A stretch of 63,726 nt of DNA, filler included, from Pirum gemmata (GCA_002812295.1; 22 parts of 22 records of this genome joined end to end with filler, not necessarily neighbours in it), one strand, 5' to 3'. Positions 1 to 12,103 are shown, counted from the first letter of the whole stretch. A program made the numbers and translations. The notes: generated by a model not told the origin, from the sequence alone.

Positions 1-970
1 CTCTTTACGATCCCGGGTAAATTCTCGAGGGAACTCTATATATATATATATTATATATTATAGTAGTAGGATAGGGTTAGGCCTGTCTAACCGATGCACT
101 AATAATATGATACAATTGAATTGATAATTTTCCCATCTTCTTAGGTCCTGTCTTATAATATTATATCAATACAATGCCATACTGCTATGTTTATGCCTAA
201 TTATTAATATTAGTGTATTATTATATCGTATACTATTATTAATAATAAAATCATATTATTATCATACCAATATTATAGTAATATTATATAGAATATTATA
301 TGATACATATTTTCTTCCTATTATCTAGTCCTATTATTACTAGTAAGTTTCATATTTCTTCATTTATAATAATATTCTTCACTAAATGCTCAAAAGCAGT
401 GCTCAAAATGCTCAAAAGCATATTTTATTCAATCAAAACTTCAAAAGTCCTTTTATTACTCCATCTTTTTTTTTTTTTTTTTTTTTTTAATATTTCAAAC
501 CTATTTATTAAATATTTTATTCGAAAAGTAAAAGTTATAGCGAAACTCTTAAAATTGGGCATTTTTACCAGCTATTTTCTAAAATTACCAAATATGGTAC
601 CAACCATTTAAAAACTACCAACCTTTNTCAAAAGGTGGGGTCCAGCTTGAAAGATTTTAAAAAAAAGGGCTTAGTGTTTAAAAAGGAAAACTTAAATTTT
701 CGAACTTTTGGTGAAAAAAAAAAAAGGTCCCTGTCAATCAAATGCAACAACTAAAGGGAAAGTCAAAAAAGATTTTGAGGGGAATAAAGAGGAAAAATGA
801 CGTCAAAAAGTTTTTTTCTCGAAAAAATGAAACGAGACTGGCTAGCTAGTAAAAAGATATTTTTACACTTAGAATAATTTCTGGTACCCCATTTTTTGAG
901 ATAGCCTCTACTTTAGAAAAAAAAAAAAAAGAGAACTGATAAAAAGTATTAGATATATATTTTTTTTTAA

Positions 971-1193
971 CTACCAAGCCGGATAAAAATGGTTGCATCT
1001 GCCATATGAGCTCAAAATCCAAAAATCTCAAAATGATCCAATTTTAATAAAAGTAATACCAAATTTTGAGAAATTAAATAACTAATAATACTCTATTATA
1101 AACCAATGGCTAGTTTTTAAAAATAATTTGGCTAGTTAGTATCAAAGATTTTTAGTAAAGAAGTCTATCGGTTAGTTTTATCCGACTTAGCTG
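971..1193. mobile_element. MITE family C (~220-260 bp, TTAA-flanked)
   Basis: Imperfect TIR CTACCAAGCCGGATAAAA...TTTTATCCGACTTAGCTG with TTAA at 967-970 and 1194-1197; related copies at 1458-1691 and 26485-26744, partial copies near 5010-5160 (reverse), 15129-15230, 28097 and 28563. Confidence 0.8.
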
Positions 1194-1699
1194 TTAAAAA
1201 AAAATAAAAAATAAAAATAAAAATAAAAATAAAAATAAATAATACACACAAGCAAAAGCTCCACCAATCTCCTCCCCCACCCACGCCAATGTTTAATAAG
1301 GATAATTAAAAATGACCATAGAAAACTTTTCTGTGCGTTTTTTTTTTTTTTTTTTTTTAATGTTGCAAACAATCAGTACTACTAGCTACNACATAATACA
1401 ATAATAGGGAATAATAGCTAATGTAATTTTTATGTCATTCAAATACTGGTATTATAACTACCAAGCCGGATAAAAATGGCGATATCTGTCATATAAGCTC
1501 AAAATCCGAAAAATCACAAAAGTTTCCAATTTAAAAATAAAAGTGTCACCAAATTTGAGAAATAAACTGACTAAGAAACTCTATTATGAACCAATTGCCA
1601 GTTTTTTAAAATTATTTGGCTAGTTATAATTAAAGATTTTAGAAAAGAAGTCTAAAAAAAATGATTTCTACAGTTTTATCCGACTTGGCTTTTGAAAAA

Positions 1700-1742
<43 letters not shown>

Positions 1743-2239
1743 TTTTATTTCCCCAAAATAGACATTAGAAATATCAATATCAGGGTACTAAGACTAAGAG
1801 TGTATCATACTAAGTCTTATGATACTCATTATTCCATAGAAGTTAGTCTACCCCAAAGCTCCAAAGAAAAAAAATACGAAACACAACACAGAACGATTAG
1901 CATACAACATCATACAACCATCAATATAACAACAAAAAATATCATAAGTTTAACTACAAATTTTACGATATAAAACAAAATATCTTCATTAACCCAATAA
2001 TACAACAACAATGTAAAAATATATGTAAAAAAGAAACAACAAAAACATATAATAGAAATATGCTCAAAATCCAAACCAATAATAATACCTCCAAATAGTT
2101 GGAATCTACAAATGATTATGATGTATGACTACTAATACTACTAATTATGACAAACAGTATCTGATATTAAAATAATACCTCCAAATAGTTGGGATCTACA
2201 AATGATTATGACAAACAGTATCTGATAACTATCTGAAAT

Positions 2240-2440
2240 TATATATATAAAACACATAGAAGAAATTTAACCTCAAAACAAAAACCTTTAATGATAACAA
2301 CCTAAACAGCCTTTGGAATATAGAACAAAATGAATGGGAAGAGATAATTAAAAATAGAAGAATCAATACAAAAAAACTACCAAAAATTCTAAAAAGTCAC
2401 ATATCAATACTATATCAATATCATAATAGTCTACCAACCC
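2240..2440 (+). mobile_element. Degraded coding repeat, possibly a non-LTR retrotransposon 3' fragment
   Basis: Reads NLNSLWNIEQNEWEEIIKNRRINTKK; homologous decayed copy at ~56800-57030 (IEQNEWKKINKNRRINTKVTW); strongly A-rich sense strand. The LINE assignment is inference. Confidence 0.4.
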
Positions 2441-2583
2441 AACTATTAAAAACCCAACCCTACTAGCTAGCTATCTAGCTAGCTATAGCGCTTTTCATTT
2501 ATTTTGTCACTCTGAATATTTATTTGGTTGTTTATATAATGAATAAATGGATAATAAAATAAACCAAATTAAATTAAATGGAT

Positions 2584-2683
2584 NNNNNNNNNNNNNNNNN
2601 NNNNNNNNNNNNNNNNNNNNNNNNNNNTTAATTAATTAANNNNNNNNNNNNNNNNNNNNNNNNNNNNNNNNNNNNNNNNNNNN
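2584..2683. other. Artificial contig spacer (N-run + TTAATTAATTAA + N-run, 100 nt); first of 21 in the window
   Basis: Identical 100-nt spacer with six-frame stops also begins at 5256, 7991, 10697, 13395, 17379, 20106, 25117, 27842, 30570, 33295, 35983, 38664, 42131, 44856, 47549, 50241, 52898, 55605, 58328 and 61028. Confidence 0.98.
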
Positions 2684-3994
2684 TTAGGGTTAGGGTTAGG
2701 GTTAGGGTTAGGGTTAGGGTTTTGGAAACTGGGAATAAAGTAGTAGAACAAGAGCATAGTTCAGGAATTGAAACAAACAATCATAATATGTGAAGGTATT
2801 AATAACAAAAATTAAACCAGACAGAAAGTATAGAAAAGCTAAACAAAGAAAATACCACTGAAAATATAAATGAAGGTATTAATAACAAAAACCAGACAGA
2901 AAGTATAGAAAAGCTAAACCAAGAAAAAACCCCTGAAAATATAAATGATTACCTAACAATTAACCATTAATAAATTATAAATTTATAAGTAAACAAAACC
3001 AAGAGAAAATCAATATTGCACTAGACAAATTGTTAAAAATAAGGCTGAACAGAAGTTTTATATAATATGATACCATTGGCAATAAATAGCTTTATATCTA
3101 TCTCCATAATTATAGTGATGATATTAATAGGGGGGTTTTTTTTTTGGCTATTTACCCTTTATTGTTAATTAATTGTGATCATAAATATTAATAACGTTAT
3201 TAATAACTATTATTGTATTAGTAGAGTAGGGTTAGTTTGTTCTGTAGTTTCTGTGGATACTAATTATTTGTAAGAGGGTTTCTTGCGTTTTCTTGCGTTT
3301 GCGCCTGTTTTTTTGAAGTTTGGAAAATTTCAATTTCGCATTTGGAGGTAAAGAAAAAAAAGAAATAACATTATTTATTGTAAGACTAGAAAAAAAATTG
3401 AAGTCCTTGATTTAATCATCAAAAATACGTCAAACAATTTTTATATTTATAATTAATTATTAATAATAATTAATTATTATAAAGCTGCTTATATAGTTCT
3501 ACCTCTAAAATTAATGTATAATAGCCAGAAGGCAGGTCAAGTAAAGCTATCATAGCTAGGAGCTAGCTAGCTAGTAGCACCTAGCTAGGCCCCTGGTACC
3601 TAACCCTAACCCTAACTTTATTAAACCCTAACCCTAACTTTATTAAACCCTAACCCTAACCCAACCTAACCCTAACCCTAGCTAGCCCCCCCCCCCAACG
3701 TAAACCCTAACCCTAAAACCCTAGCCCTAACTAACGTTAACCCTAGCTAGCCCTAACCCTATCCTGGCCATAGTACCTGGCATAGTAGTCTGGCTCACTT
3801 TCGAACAGTTTTCGAACCTATAGTACCTGGCATAGTAGTCCGGCTTTCGAACAGTTTTCGAACCTATCTATTTACAAATTTTTTGTATTATAAACCAAAA
3901 AAAAAAAATAAAGTAAAAAAACGAGCTGCTGTAATTGGTTCAAATTACAATAAAAAAAGTAGACTGGCGATAAGTCCGTTTTTCGCTTAGTACC

Positions 3995-4270
3995 ATAACC
4001 CTAACCCTAACCCTAACCCTAACCCTAACCCTAACCCTAACCCTAACCCTAACCCTAACCTTAACCCTGACCCCTAACCCTAGCCCTAACCATAACCTTA
4101 ACCAGGCATGTAGGCAAGTAAACCTAACCCTAACCCTATATTACTAAACCCTAACCATAACCCTTATAACCCTAACCCTTATAACCCTAACCTTAACCCT
4201 AACCCTAACCCTAACTCAAAACCTTACCCTAACCCTAACCTTAACCCTAACCATAACCCAAACCCAAACC
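3995..4270 (-). repeat. Interstitial telomere-like (CCCTAA)n array, degenerate
   Basis: Perfect and variant CCCTAA units inside a contig; a similar array lies at ~3598-3760. Confidence 0.92.
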
Positions 4271-4599
4271 CCTTCTTTTTACTAATCCTAATCGTTACGC
4301 TAATCTTAACTAAGCGGTGAATAGATGAATGACTATCAATGTACTATTATATAATAATATTATATTATTATATATATTATAATATTTTATAAACGTCACG
4401 CGCACTTTTTGCAAAAAGAAAAAAAGGAAGAAAACAAATTTGTATATATTTATTTGCAGTATTTATTTGCTACAAGTCATTAGACGTCGCAGGCATATAT
4501 AGAGAGGCTAATTGTCAATGTCTACCCTCCAAGCAAATTACTAGAAAGACTTAGTACTAGAAAGTAAATGCTAGGAAAATGAGCAAAATGAGCAAAATG

Positions 4600-4767
4600 A
4601 GTAGGGGTGAGATGACGTCATTTTATTATTACCGAACAGCTGCAGGAACTTTTCCGATTTTTATGGTTTTATTACTATTAATGTTAATACTATTAAAGAA
4701 CACGGAACTAAGGTTGGCTCGATAAGCATCTGTTCGAAAAAGTTCCAGTAGATATCTCACCCCTACT
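4600..4767 (+). mobile_element. MITE family A, internally deleted copy
   Basis: 14-bp TIR AGTAGGGGTGAGAT...ATCTCACCCCTACT; 8-bp direct repeat GCAAAATG at 4592-4599 and 4768-4775. Confidence 0.85.
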
Positions 4768-5357
4768 GCAAAATGAGACCAAAACATTCTTTTTTTTTGA
4801 TATTTCTTTTTGCCTTTCGAACTTCTGTTTCGAACCTATCTGTTTAGAGAAAAAAAGAAACGAGCCATAAGACATACTCTAATTGGTTAGAATAATAAAA
4901 TGTAGATGATTACCCTCTAGTGATTACCTTGGAGAATGACTAGCCGCATTAGGCATTTTGCAGGGCATTTTTCCACTGCATTTTTCCAGTACATTTTTCT
5001 ACTATTTTTTTTTTTAGACTTCTTTTCTAAAAACCTTTTTTTTAAAAAAAAAAAGACTAACTAGCCAAATTATTTTTAAAAATTTGCCATTGGTTCATAA
5101 TAGAGCTTTCTTGATTAAAAATTCCTCATAATTTGGTAGTACTTAAAGTAACATTGGATTATTTTAATATTTTTTTGGTTTTTCATTCTGCTCAAACCCG
5201 AAAACTCGAATTCTGCTGTCAAAAAAAGCCAAAAATTCAGCTCCGTTCGAAAAATNNNNNNNNNNNNNNNNNNNNNNNNNNNNNNNNNNNNNNNNNNNNT
5301 TAATTAATTAANNNNNNNNNNNNNNNNNNNNNNNNNNNNNNNNNNNNNNNNNNNNTT

Positions 5358-6923
5358 ATGCGAGTAACGTTTGGTAATCCCCGTTTGAAAACATTTTCTT
5401 TCGATCGGGACTATCAAGCTATGAATGACACTGATATCAAAATGAGAATTATTTATTCTAATAATCCACATTTTGAAGAAGCTGCTAGAACCATTGATCA
5501 CATTCATGCTGACACTACCGCGGGTGAGAAAGTACAAAAAATTGGTAAATTGATGGCTCCTAAACGTCGTCGTCGTTTCCCTTTTGATAATGAAATTTGC
5601 TCAGGAAAAGTCTGTACTCCTGAAATTCCAATGATGTGCACTCCTGATATAGGGTGTACCCCGGAAATATGTACCCCTGCATTTCCGAAGATTTGCACGC
5701 CTGAAATTGGTTGTACTCCTGAAATATGTACGCCGTATATCCCTAAAAAGTGTACGCCTGATATAGGGTGTTTGTTTGGGGTTTGCCCGGAGATTTGCTT
5801 GCCAGCTATTCCAGCACAATGCATACTACAAATTTGCCCCGAGATTTGCACTCCAGCTATACCCGAAAAATGCACACCACAAATTTGTCCCGAAATTTGC
5901 ACGCCTGCTATTCCTGAAGTATGTACTCCGGAAATGTGCATGTCAGACATAAGAAGTGGAAGTTCTTCATATGAATTTATTTACAACACTAAACACAGAA
6001 TTTTTGATTACAAAAAAGAACAAGATGGTAAAGTTTTTACAGCTACTATTGATGTTACTCCTGACGTTCGTGTAACAGCTGATTACGGCTATGATGTAGA
6101 AATCAAATTTCCTCAGTTAATCGGCAGGGATAGTGTTATGTGGATTGACCATGTAGGTCAAGCGAATGTAGCGGTAGAGGTAGAAATGGATCTTAAGTAC
6201 ACCTATGCTTCCAAACCTCAAAAAATAGCAGAATTTGCACCAGTTTTTGATATAGCTGTTGTTCGGTTAGGACCTAAAATCGAACTTTTAACCGGTTATA
6301 GATTAAGTATAGAAGGCCAATTTAACGCGAAGGCTACCACGGGCATGTCATATAAAGAACAATCAGTAGAGTTTTATCCTTTTCGTTGTGAATATGATGA
6401 GTTTGAAATTGATTACAAACCACTCCAGCTTGATTTGGATCCTACGCCCCACATTACTATGACAGCTGAAGCGTATATTGATGTAGAAATTCATGGTACT
6501 GTGGAAGTAGAAATCAACGGTAAATATAATCCTCTGGGTGGGGATATTACAATTATAGACGGAGAGTTTGGTGTATCTCTGGAAGCGGGTGTAAGATTTG
6601 AAACTGGTCTTACTAGTGATTTAAAAGTTCCTCTTGATATTGGTTTATATGTAACTGGTAATGTTTACATTCAAGCCGATGTTGGGCCGTTCAAGAATGC
6701 TTGGGACCCAAAATATTTTTTTGATGAATATCACTCTCTATATAAAACAGATAATATATTAGATTTCGAACCAGAGACAGATGGTACTCCTATCTCAATT
6801 TCGGCAAAATTTAATACTCCTATCCACAATAGGGTTAATAATAATAATAATAACATTGCAGAAATCACTGCAGGTAGTTTTGCAGGTAGTATTATTGGGG
6901 TGTTGTTGCTGCATATGCCATAG
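5358..6923 (+). CDS. Putative extracellular protein with a 20-Cys Pro-rich repeat region and beta-rich C-terminal domain; 5' probably truncated by contig start
   Basis: 521-codon intronless ORF; KRRRR polybasic site followed by CTPEI/CTPAIP repeats; hydrophobic C-terminus. Confidence 0.88.
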   Translation: MRVTFGNPRLKTFSFDRDYQAMNDTDIKMRIIYSNNPHFEEAARTIDHIHADTTAGEKVQKIGKLMAPKRRRRFPFDNEICSGKVCTPEIPMMCTPDIGCTPEICTPAFPKICTPEIGCTPEICTPYIPKKCTPDIGCLFGVCPEICLPAIPAQCILQICPEICTPAIPEKCTPQICPEICTPAIPEVCTPEMCMSDIRSGSSSYEFIYNTKHRIFDYKKEQDGKVFTATIDVTPDVRVTADYGYDVEIKFPQLIGRDSVMWIDHVGQANVAVEVEMDLKYTYASKPQKIAEFAPVFDIAVVRLGPKIELLTGYRLSIEGQFNAKATTGMSYKEQSVEFYPFRCEYDEFEIDYKPLQLDLDPTPHITMTAEAYIDVEIHGTVEVEINGKYNPLGGDITIIDGEFGVSLEAGVRFETGLTSDLKVPLDIGLYVTGNVYIQADVGPFKNAWDPKYFFDEYHSLYKTDNILDFEPETDGTPISISAKFNTPIHNRVNNNNNNIAEITAGSFAGSIIGVLLLHMP

Positions 6924-7419
6924 TATGAGTGGCAGCTTATATGTTTAGTAAAAAGGAGGCTGCTTACAAAGGTGTCCATCACCATCTTCATTGTATGTAG
7001 AGTGTTCAAGCTAGCCTGGAATCAGCAATTTTATGCTTCCGTTATTGATGACTTTCAACAAATTTAAAACATTGATGTAATTGAAAGGACTATCGAAGGA
7101 TTGTTATTTTAAAAGTATAGTATACTTATTAAATAGGATAATTTGAAATAAAAAATTGCATTCTTATTTGTAATATTAATATTAATGTTTCCTTTATTTT
7201 GGTTTGGTTTGGTTTGATTTGGTTCGGTTTGGTTTGGTTACCGTTGTTGTTTATTTTTTCTTTTTTAAAGATTGAGAGGGCAACTGTAATGAAATACACA
7301 ATATCGCGATCCATATGCTTTAGGACTGTTCAGGTTATAATTAGGGGGTACTAGCTAGCTAGGGAGTTCCTAGGGTAAAGGGTTATAATTAGCTTAATTA
7401 AGGGGAGAGCTAGAGCTAG

Positions 7420-7990
7420 GTTTAGGGTTAGGGTTAGGGTTAGGGTTAGGGTTAGTGTTAGGGTTAGTGTTAGGGTTAGGGTTAGGGACTGTTAGGGTTA
7501 GGGTTAGGGTTAGGGTTAGGGTTAGGGTTAGGGTTAGTGTTAGTTTTAGGGTTANNNNNNNNNNNNNNNNNNNNNNNNNNNNNNNNNNNNNNNNNNNNNN
7601 NNNNNNNNNNNNNNNNNNNNNNNNNNNNNTAGGGTTAGGGTTAGGGTTAGGGTTAAGGTGTAAGGGTTAGGGTTAGGGTTAGGGTTAAGGTAGGGTTAGG
7701 GTTAGGGTTAGGTTTAGTGACTGTTAGGGTTAAGGTTACTTAGGTACAGGGTTAGTTATAATGTTAGGGTAAAAGTTATAAAATTATAAATTAGCCATAT
7801 ACATAATTATATATAATTATATAATTATATTATATAACACTATATAACAATAAAAGTAATAAATTAGGGTTAGGGAGTATTAGGGTTAGGATTAGGGGTA
7901 GGGTTAGGGTTAGGGTTAGGGTTAGGGTGTAAGGGTTAGGGTTAGGGTTAGGGTTAAGGTAGGGTTAGGGTTAGGGTTAGGTTTAGTGAC
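7420..7990 (+). repeat. Degenerate (TTAGGG)n arrays
   Basis: Multiple TTAGGG runs with variants, an internal N gap and a duplicated block. Confidence 0.92.
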
Positions 7991-8320
7991 NNNNNNNNNN
8001 NNNNNNNNNNNNNNNNNNNNNNNNNNNNNNNNNNTTAATTAATTAANNNNNNNNNNNNNNNNNNNNNNNNNNNNNNNNNNNNNNNNNNNNCACAACACAA
8101 CACAACACAACACAATACAACACAACACAATATAATACAATAAAAAATAATATAATGTAATACAACACAACACAACACAACACAATACAATACAATATAG
8201 TATGATATAATACAATATAATATAGATACAATACAATGCTATAATATATAATACAGTGTAAGGTATAATACACTGTAATATTAATGTAATACAATTACCT
8301 AAAATGTATATATTTATTAG

Positions 8321-10507
8321 GCAAGGGATATCATACGAGCTCAATATACATACTAAACCCTTGACTTCCTTGATATTTTTACCATACGAAAATGAGGTAT
8401 TTTCATAATTTTTCTATTTTCACTATTACTATTATTATTATTACTAATACTAATACTATTACTATTACTATTACTATTACTATTACTATTACTATTACTA
8501 TTATTATTATTATTGCCATTGCCATTTCCATTACCATAACTAGTACTAGTACTATTACTATTACCAGCACCATTACCATTACCATTACCATTACTATTAC
8601 TATTACTATTACTATTACTATTACTATTACTATTACTATTACTATTACTATTACTATTACTATTACTATTACTATTACTATNNNNNNNNNNNNNNNNNNN
8701 NNNNNNNNNNNNNNNNNNNNNNNNNNNNNNNNNNNNNNNNNNNNNNNNNNNNNNNNNNNNNNNNNNNNNNNNNNNNNNNNNNNNNNNNNNNNNNNNNNNN
8801 NNNNNNNNNNNNNNNNNNNNNNNNNNNNNNNNNNNNNNNNNNNNNNNNNNNNNNNNNNNNNNNNNNNNNNNNNNNNNNNNNNNNNNNNNNNNNNNNNNNN
8901 NNNNATTAGTATTAGTATTAGTATTAGTATTAGTATTAGTATTAGTATTAGTGTTAGTATTAGTATTAGTATTAGTATTAGTATTAGTATTAGTATTAGT
9001 ATTAGTATTACTATTATTATTACAATTATTACTACTACCACTACTACTATTACTATTACTACCATTACCATTATTATTACCATTATTATTACTATTACTA
9101 TTACTATTACCATTACCATTACCATTACCATTACTATTACTATTACTATTACTATTACTATTACTATTACTATTACTATTACTATTACNNNNNNNNNNNN
9201 NNNNNNNNNNNNNNNNNNNNNNNNNNNNNNNNNNNNNNNNNNNNNNNNNNNNNNNNNNNNNNNNNNNNNNNNNNNNNNNNNNNNNNNNNNNNNNNNNNNN
9301 NNNNNNNNNNNNNNNNNNNNNNNNNNNNNNNNNNNNNNNNNNNNNNNNNNGATTATGATTGTGATTATGATTGTGATTATGATTGTGATTATGATTGTGA
9401 TTATGATTGTGATTATGATTGTGATTATGATTGTGATTATGATTGTGATTATGATTATGGCTATGACTTATGACTTTTTTATGTATATACACTTATAATT
9501 AGTTACTATCACTTGCAAATGATGATACTCTAGTGACATGGGATCTTGATTCAACTCGAATTGAGGTTAGTTTTTCGAACCTAAAACTCTTTTGCAATGT
9601 TTACCCTATAACCCTAACGCTAACCCTTACCTGAACTCTAACCCATTCCAACCGCAATTCCAACCACAAAATACAACCAAATACAAACGCAGTTACAACC
9701 TTAATCACAACCGCAATTTTAACCGCAATTTTAACCGCAATTTTAACCGCAATTTTAACCGCAATTTTAACCGCAATTTTAACCGCAATTTTAACCGCAA
9801 TTTTAACCGCAATTTTAACCACGATCCCGCAATTATTCAGCTGATCAAAGGTGGTAATGATAATGAAAAATATTAATGAAAAATATTATAATAAGAACAT
9901 TAGTTTTTTTTCGAATCAATCTCGAATAGCTAGAAAAAGCTAGAAATTTGAATTTAGTTTTTCATGTTTTTTTTTTCTAAATCTAGATTAAGATTTTCTA
10001 CTTCTACTCACGTAGAATAGCCAACTAGACACCTGTTTTTTATAACTGGAATAGCCTTTCCTAAGCTTTTAACTTTTTTTAGCTAGATTGATTTGAAAAA
10101 AAATAAGTAATCATAATTTTCCCTCATCTTCCAGTTTTTTTTTCCCCAACGCCAACACCAACACCAACACCAACACCAACACCAACTCCAAAGCTAATCT
10201 AATGCTAACGCTAATGCTAGCGCTAACGCTAATGCTAACGCTAACCGTAATGCTAACGCTACCGCTAATGCTAATGCTAACGCTAACCCTAACGCTAACC
10301 CTAACGCCAACCCTAACGCCAACCCTAACGCCAACCCTAACGCTATAACTAACCCTAACTCTAACTGTAACTCTAACCCTAACCTTAAGCAATATCGAAA
10401 TTAACATATTTTTTTAGGCTCGTGATTGGACTGAAAGTAATACTTGTGAACTTTGTGGTGTAGCCTTTTTTTGGGCTTTTAAGATATCGCTAAATGCCAA
10501 TAGACAA
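8321..10507 (+). CDS. WD40-repeat and FYVE-domain protein (WDFY1/2-like), three internal exons: 8321-8396, 9503-9565, 10418-10507
   Basis: GT-AG phase-consistent exons give [76 protein letters not shown], matching the WDFY1/2 pattern of a WD repeat followed by W..S..C..C...FFW.FK...RQ(HHCR). Confidence 0.8.
9710..9819. repeat. Tandem 12-mer (AACCGCAATTTT) x ~9, intronic
   Basis: Visible perfect tandem array. Confidence 0.93.
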
Positions 10508-10796
10508 GTAAGTTTTTGTTGATTATTCAAGTTTGATTTCAATTTTGATTTTGATTTGTCATGGTTTTCATTCGTTTTAAAAATTATGTTACTATATATA
10601 TATATATATATTTAACGGTTCGATTTTGCCTATTTTTTAGACCATTCAAACATAATAGTTTATTTAGATTTGAAAATTAATACATCATAATGATATNNNN
10701 NNNNNNNNNNNNNNNNNNNNNNNNNNNNNNNNNNNNNNNNTTAATTAATTAANNNNNNNNNNNNNNNNNNNNNNNNNNNNNNNNNNNNNNNNNNNN

Positions 10797-12080
10797 TAAT
10801 AATAATAATAATAATAATAATCGTAATAATAATAGTAGTAGTAGTAGTAATATATAGTAATAGTAATAGCAATAATAATAATAGAAATAGATATAGATAT
10901 AGAAATAGTAATAGTAATAGAAATAGATATAGTAATAGATATAATAATAGATATAGTAATAGTAATGGATATAGTAATAGTAATAGAAAAATAGAAATAG
11001 AAATAGTAATAGATATAGTAATATTAATAGAAAAATAGAAATAGTAATAGTAATAGTAATAGTAATAGTAATAGTAATAGAAAAGAAATAGTAATAGAAA
11101 ATAGTAATAGAAAATAGAAAATAGAAATAGAAATAGCAAAAGAAATAGAAATAGTAATAATAATAATAATAGAAATAGTAATAGTAATAGTAATAGTAAT
11201 AGTATTAGAAAAGAAATAGTAATAGAAAATAGTAATAGAAAATAGAAATAGAAATAGAAATAGTAATAGAAATAGAAATAGTAATTAATAGAAATAGAAA
11301 TAGTAATAGTAATAGAAATAGAAATAATAATAGTAATAGTAATAGAAAAGAAATAGTAATACAAAATAGTAATAGAAAAAATAATAATAGTAATAGTAAT
11401 AGAAAAGAAATAGCAATACAAAATAGTAATAGAAATAGAAATAGTAATAGTAATAGTAATAGCAAATAGTAATAGTAATAGTAATAGTAATAGAAAAGAA
11501 ATAGTAGTAGAAAATAGTAATAGAAAATAGTAATAGAAAATAGTAATAGAAAATAGTAATAGTAATAGAAAATAGTAATAAAAATAGTAATAATAATAGA
11601 AAATAAAAATAGTAATAGAAATAGTAATAGTAATATAAATAAAAATAGCAATAATAATAGCAATAGTAATGGTATTGGAAAAGAAATAGTAATAGAAAAT
11701 AGTAATAGAAAACAGAAATAGTAATAGGAATAGGAATAATAATAGAAATAAAAACAGTAATAATAATAATAATAGTAATAGTAATAGTAATAGTAATAGT
11801 AATCGAAAAGAAATAGTAATAGAAAATAGTAATAGTAAGAGGAAAAAAAATAGTAATAACAATAATAATAGTAATAATAATAGTAATAATAATAGTAATA
11901 GTAATAGTAATAGTAATAGTAATAATAATAGTGATAGTAATAGTAATAGTAATAGTAATAGTAATAGTAATATAGAGTAATATTAATAGTAATAGTAATA
12001 GTGATAGTGATAGTAATAGTGATAGTAATAGTAAGAGTAATAGTAATAGTAATAGTAATAGTAATAATAATAATAATAAT
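10797..12080. repeat. ~1.3 kb compound microsatellite (TAGTAA/TAGAAA/TAA units)
   Basis: Low-complexity repeat; lies downstream of the GT donor at 12103 (minus strand), so probably intronic. Confidence 0.93.
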
Positions 12081-12103
12081 AAAACTAAAAACATATTACT
12101 AAC

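Noticed and set aside
2628..2639. Regularly spaced TTAATTAATTAA as a biological repeat or CRISPR-like array
   Set aside because: Always centred in a 100-nt N block; an assembly spacer with stops in six frames
8353..12094. Long ORFs of NHNH, NSNS, ITIT, poly-L/Y
   Set aside because: Translations of intronic microsatellites and N runs
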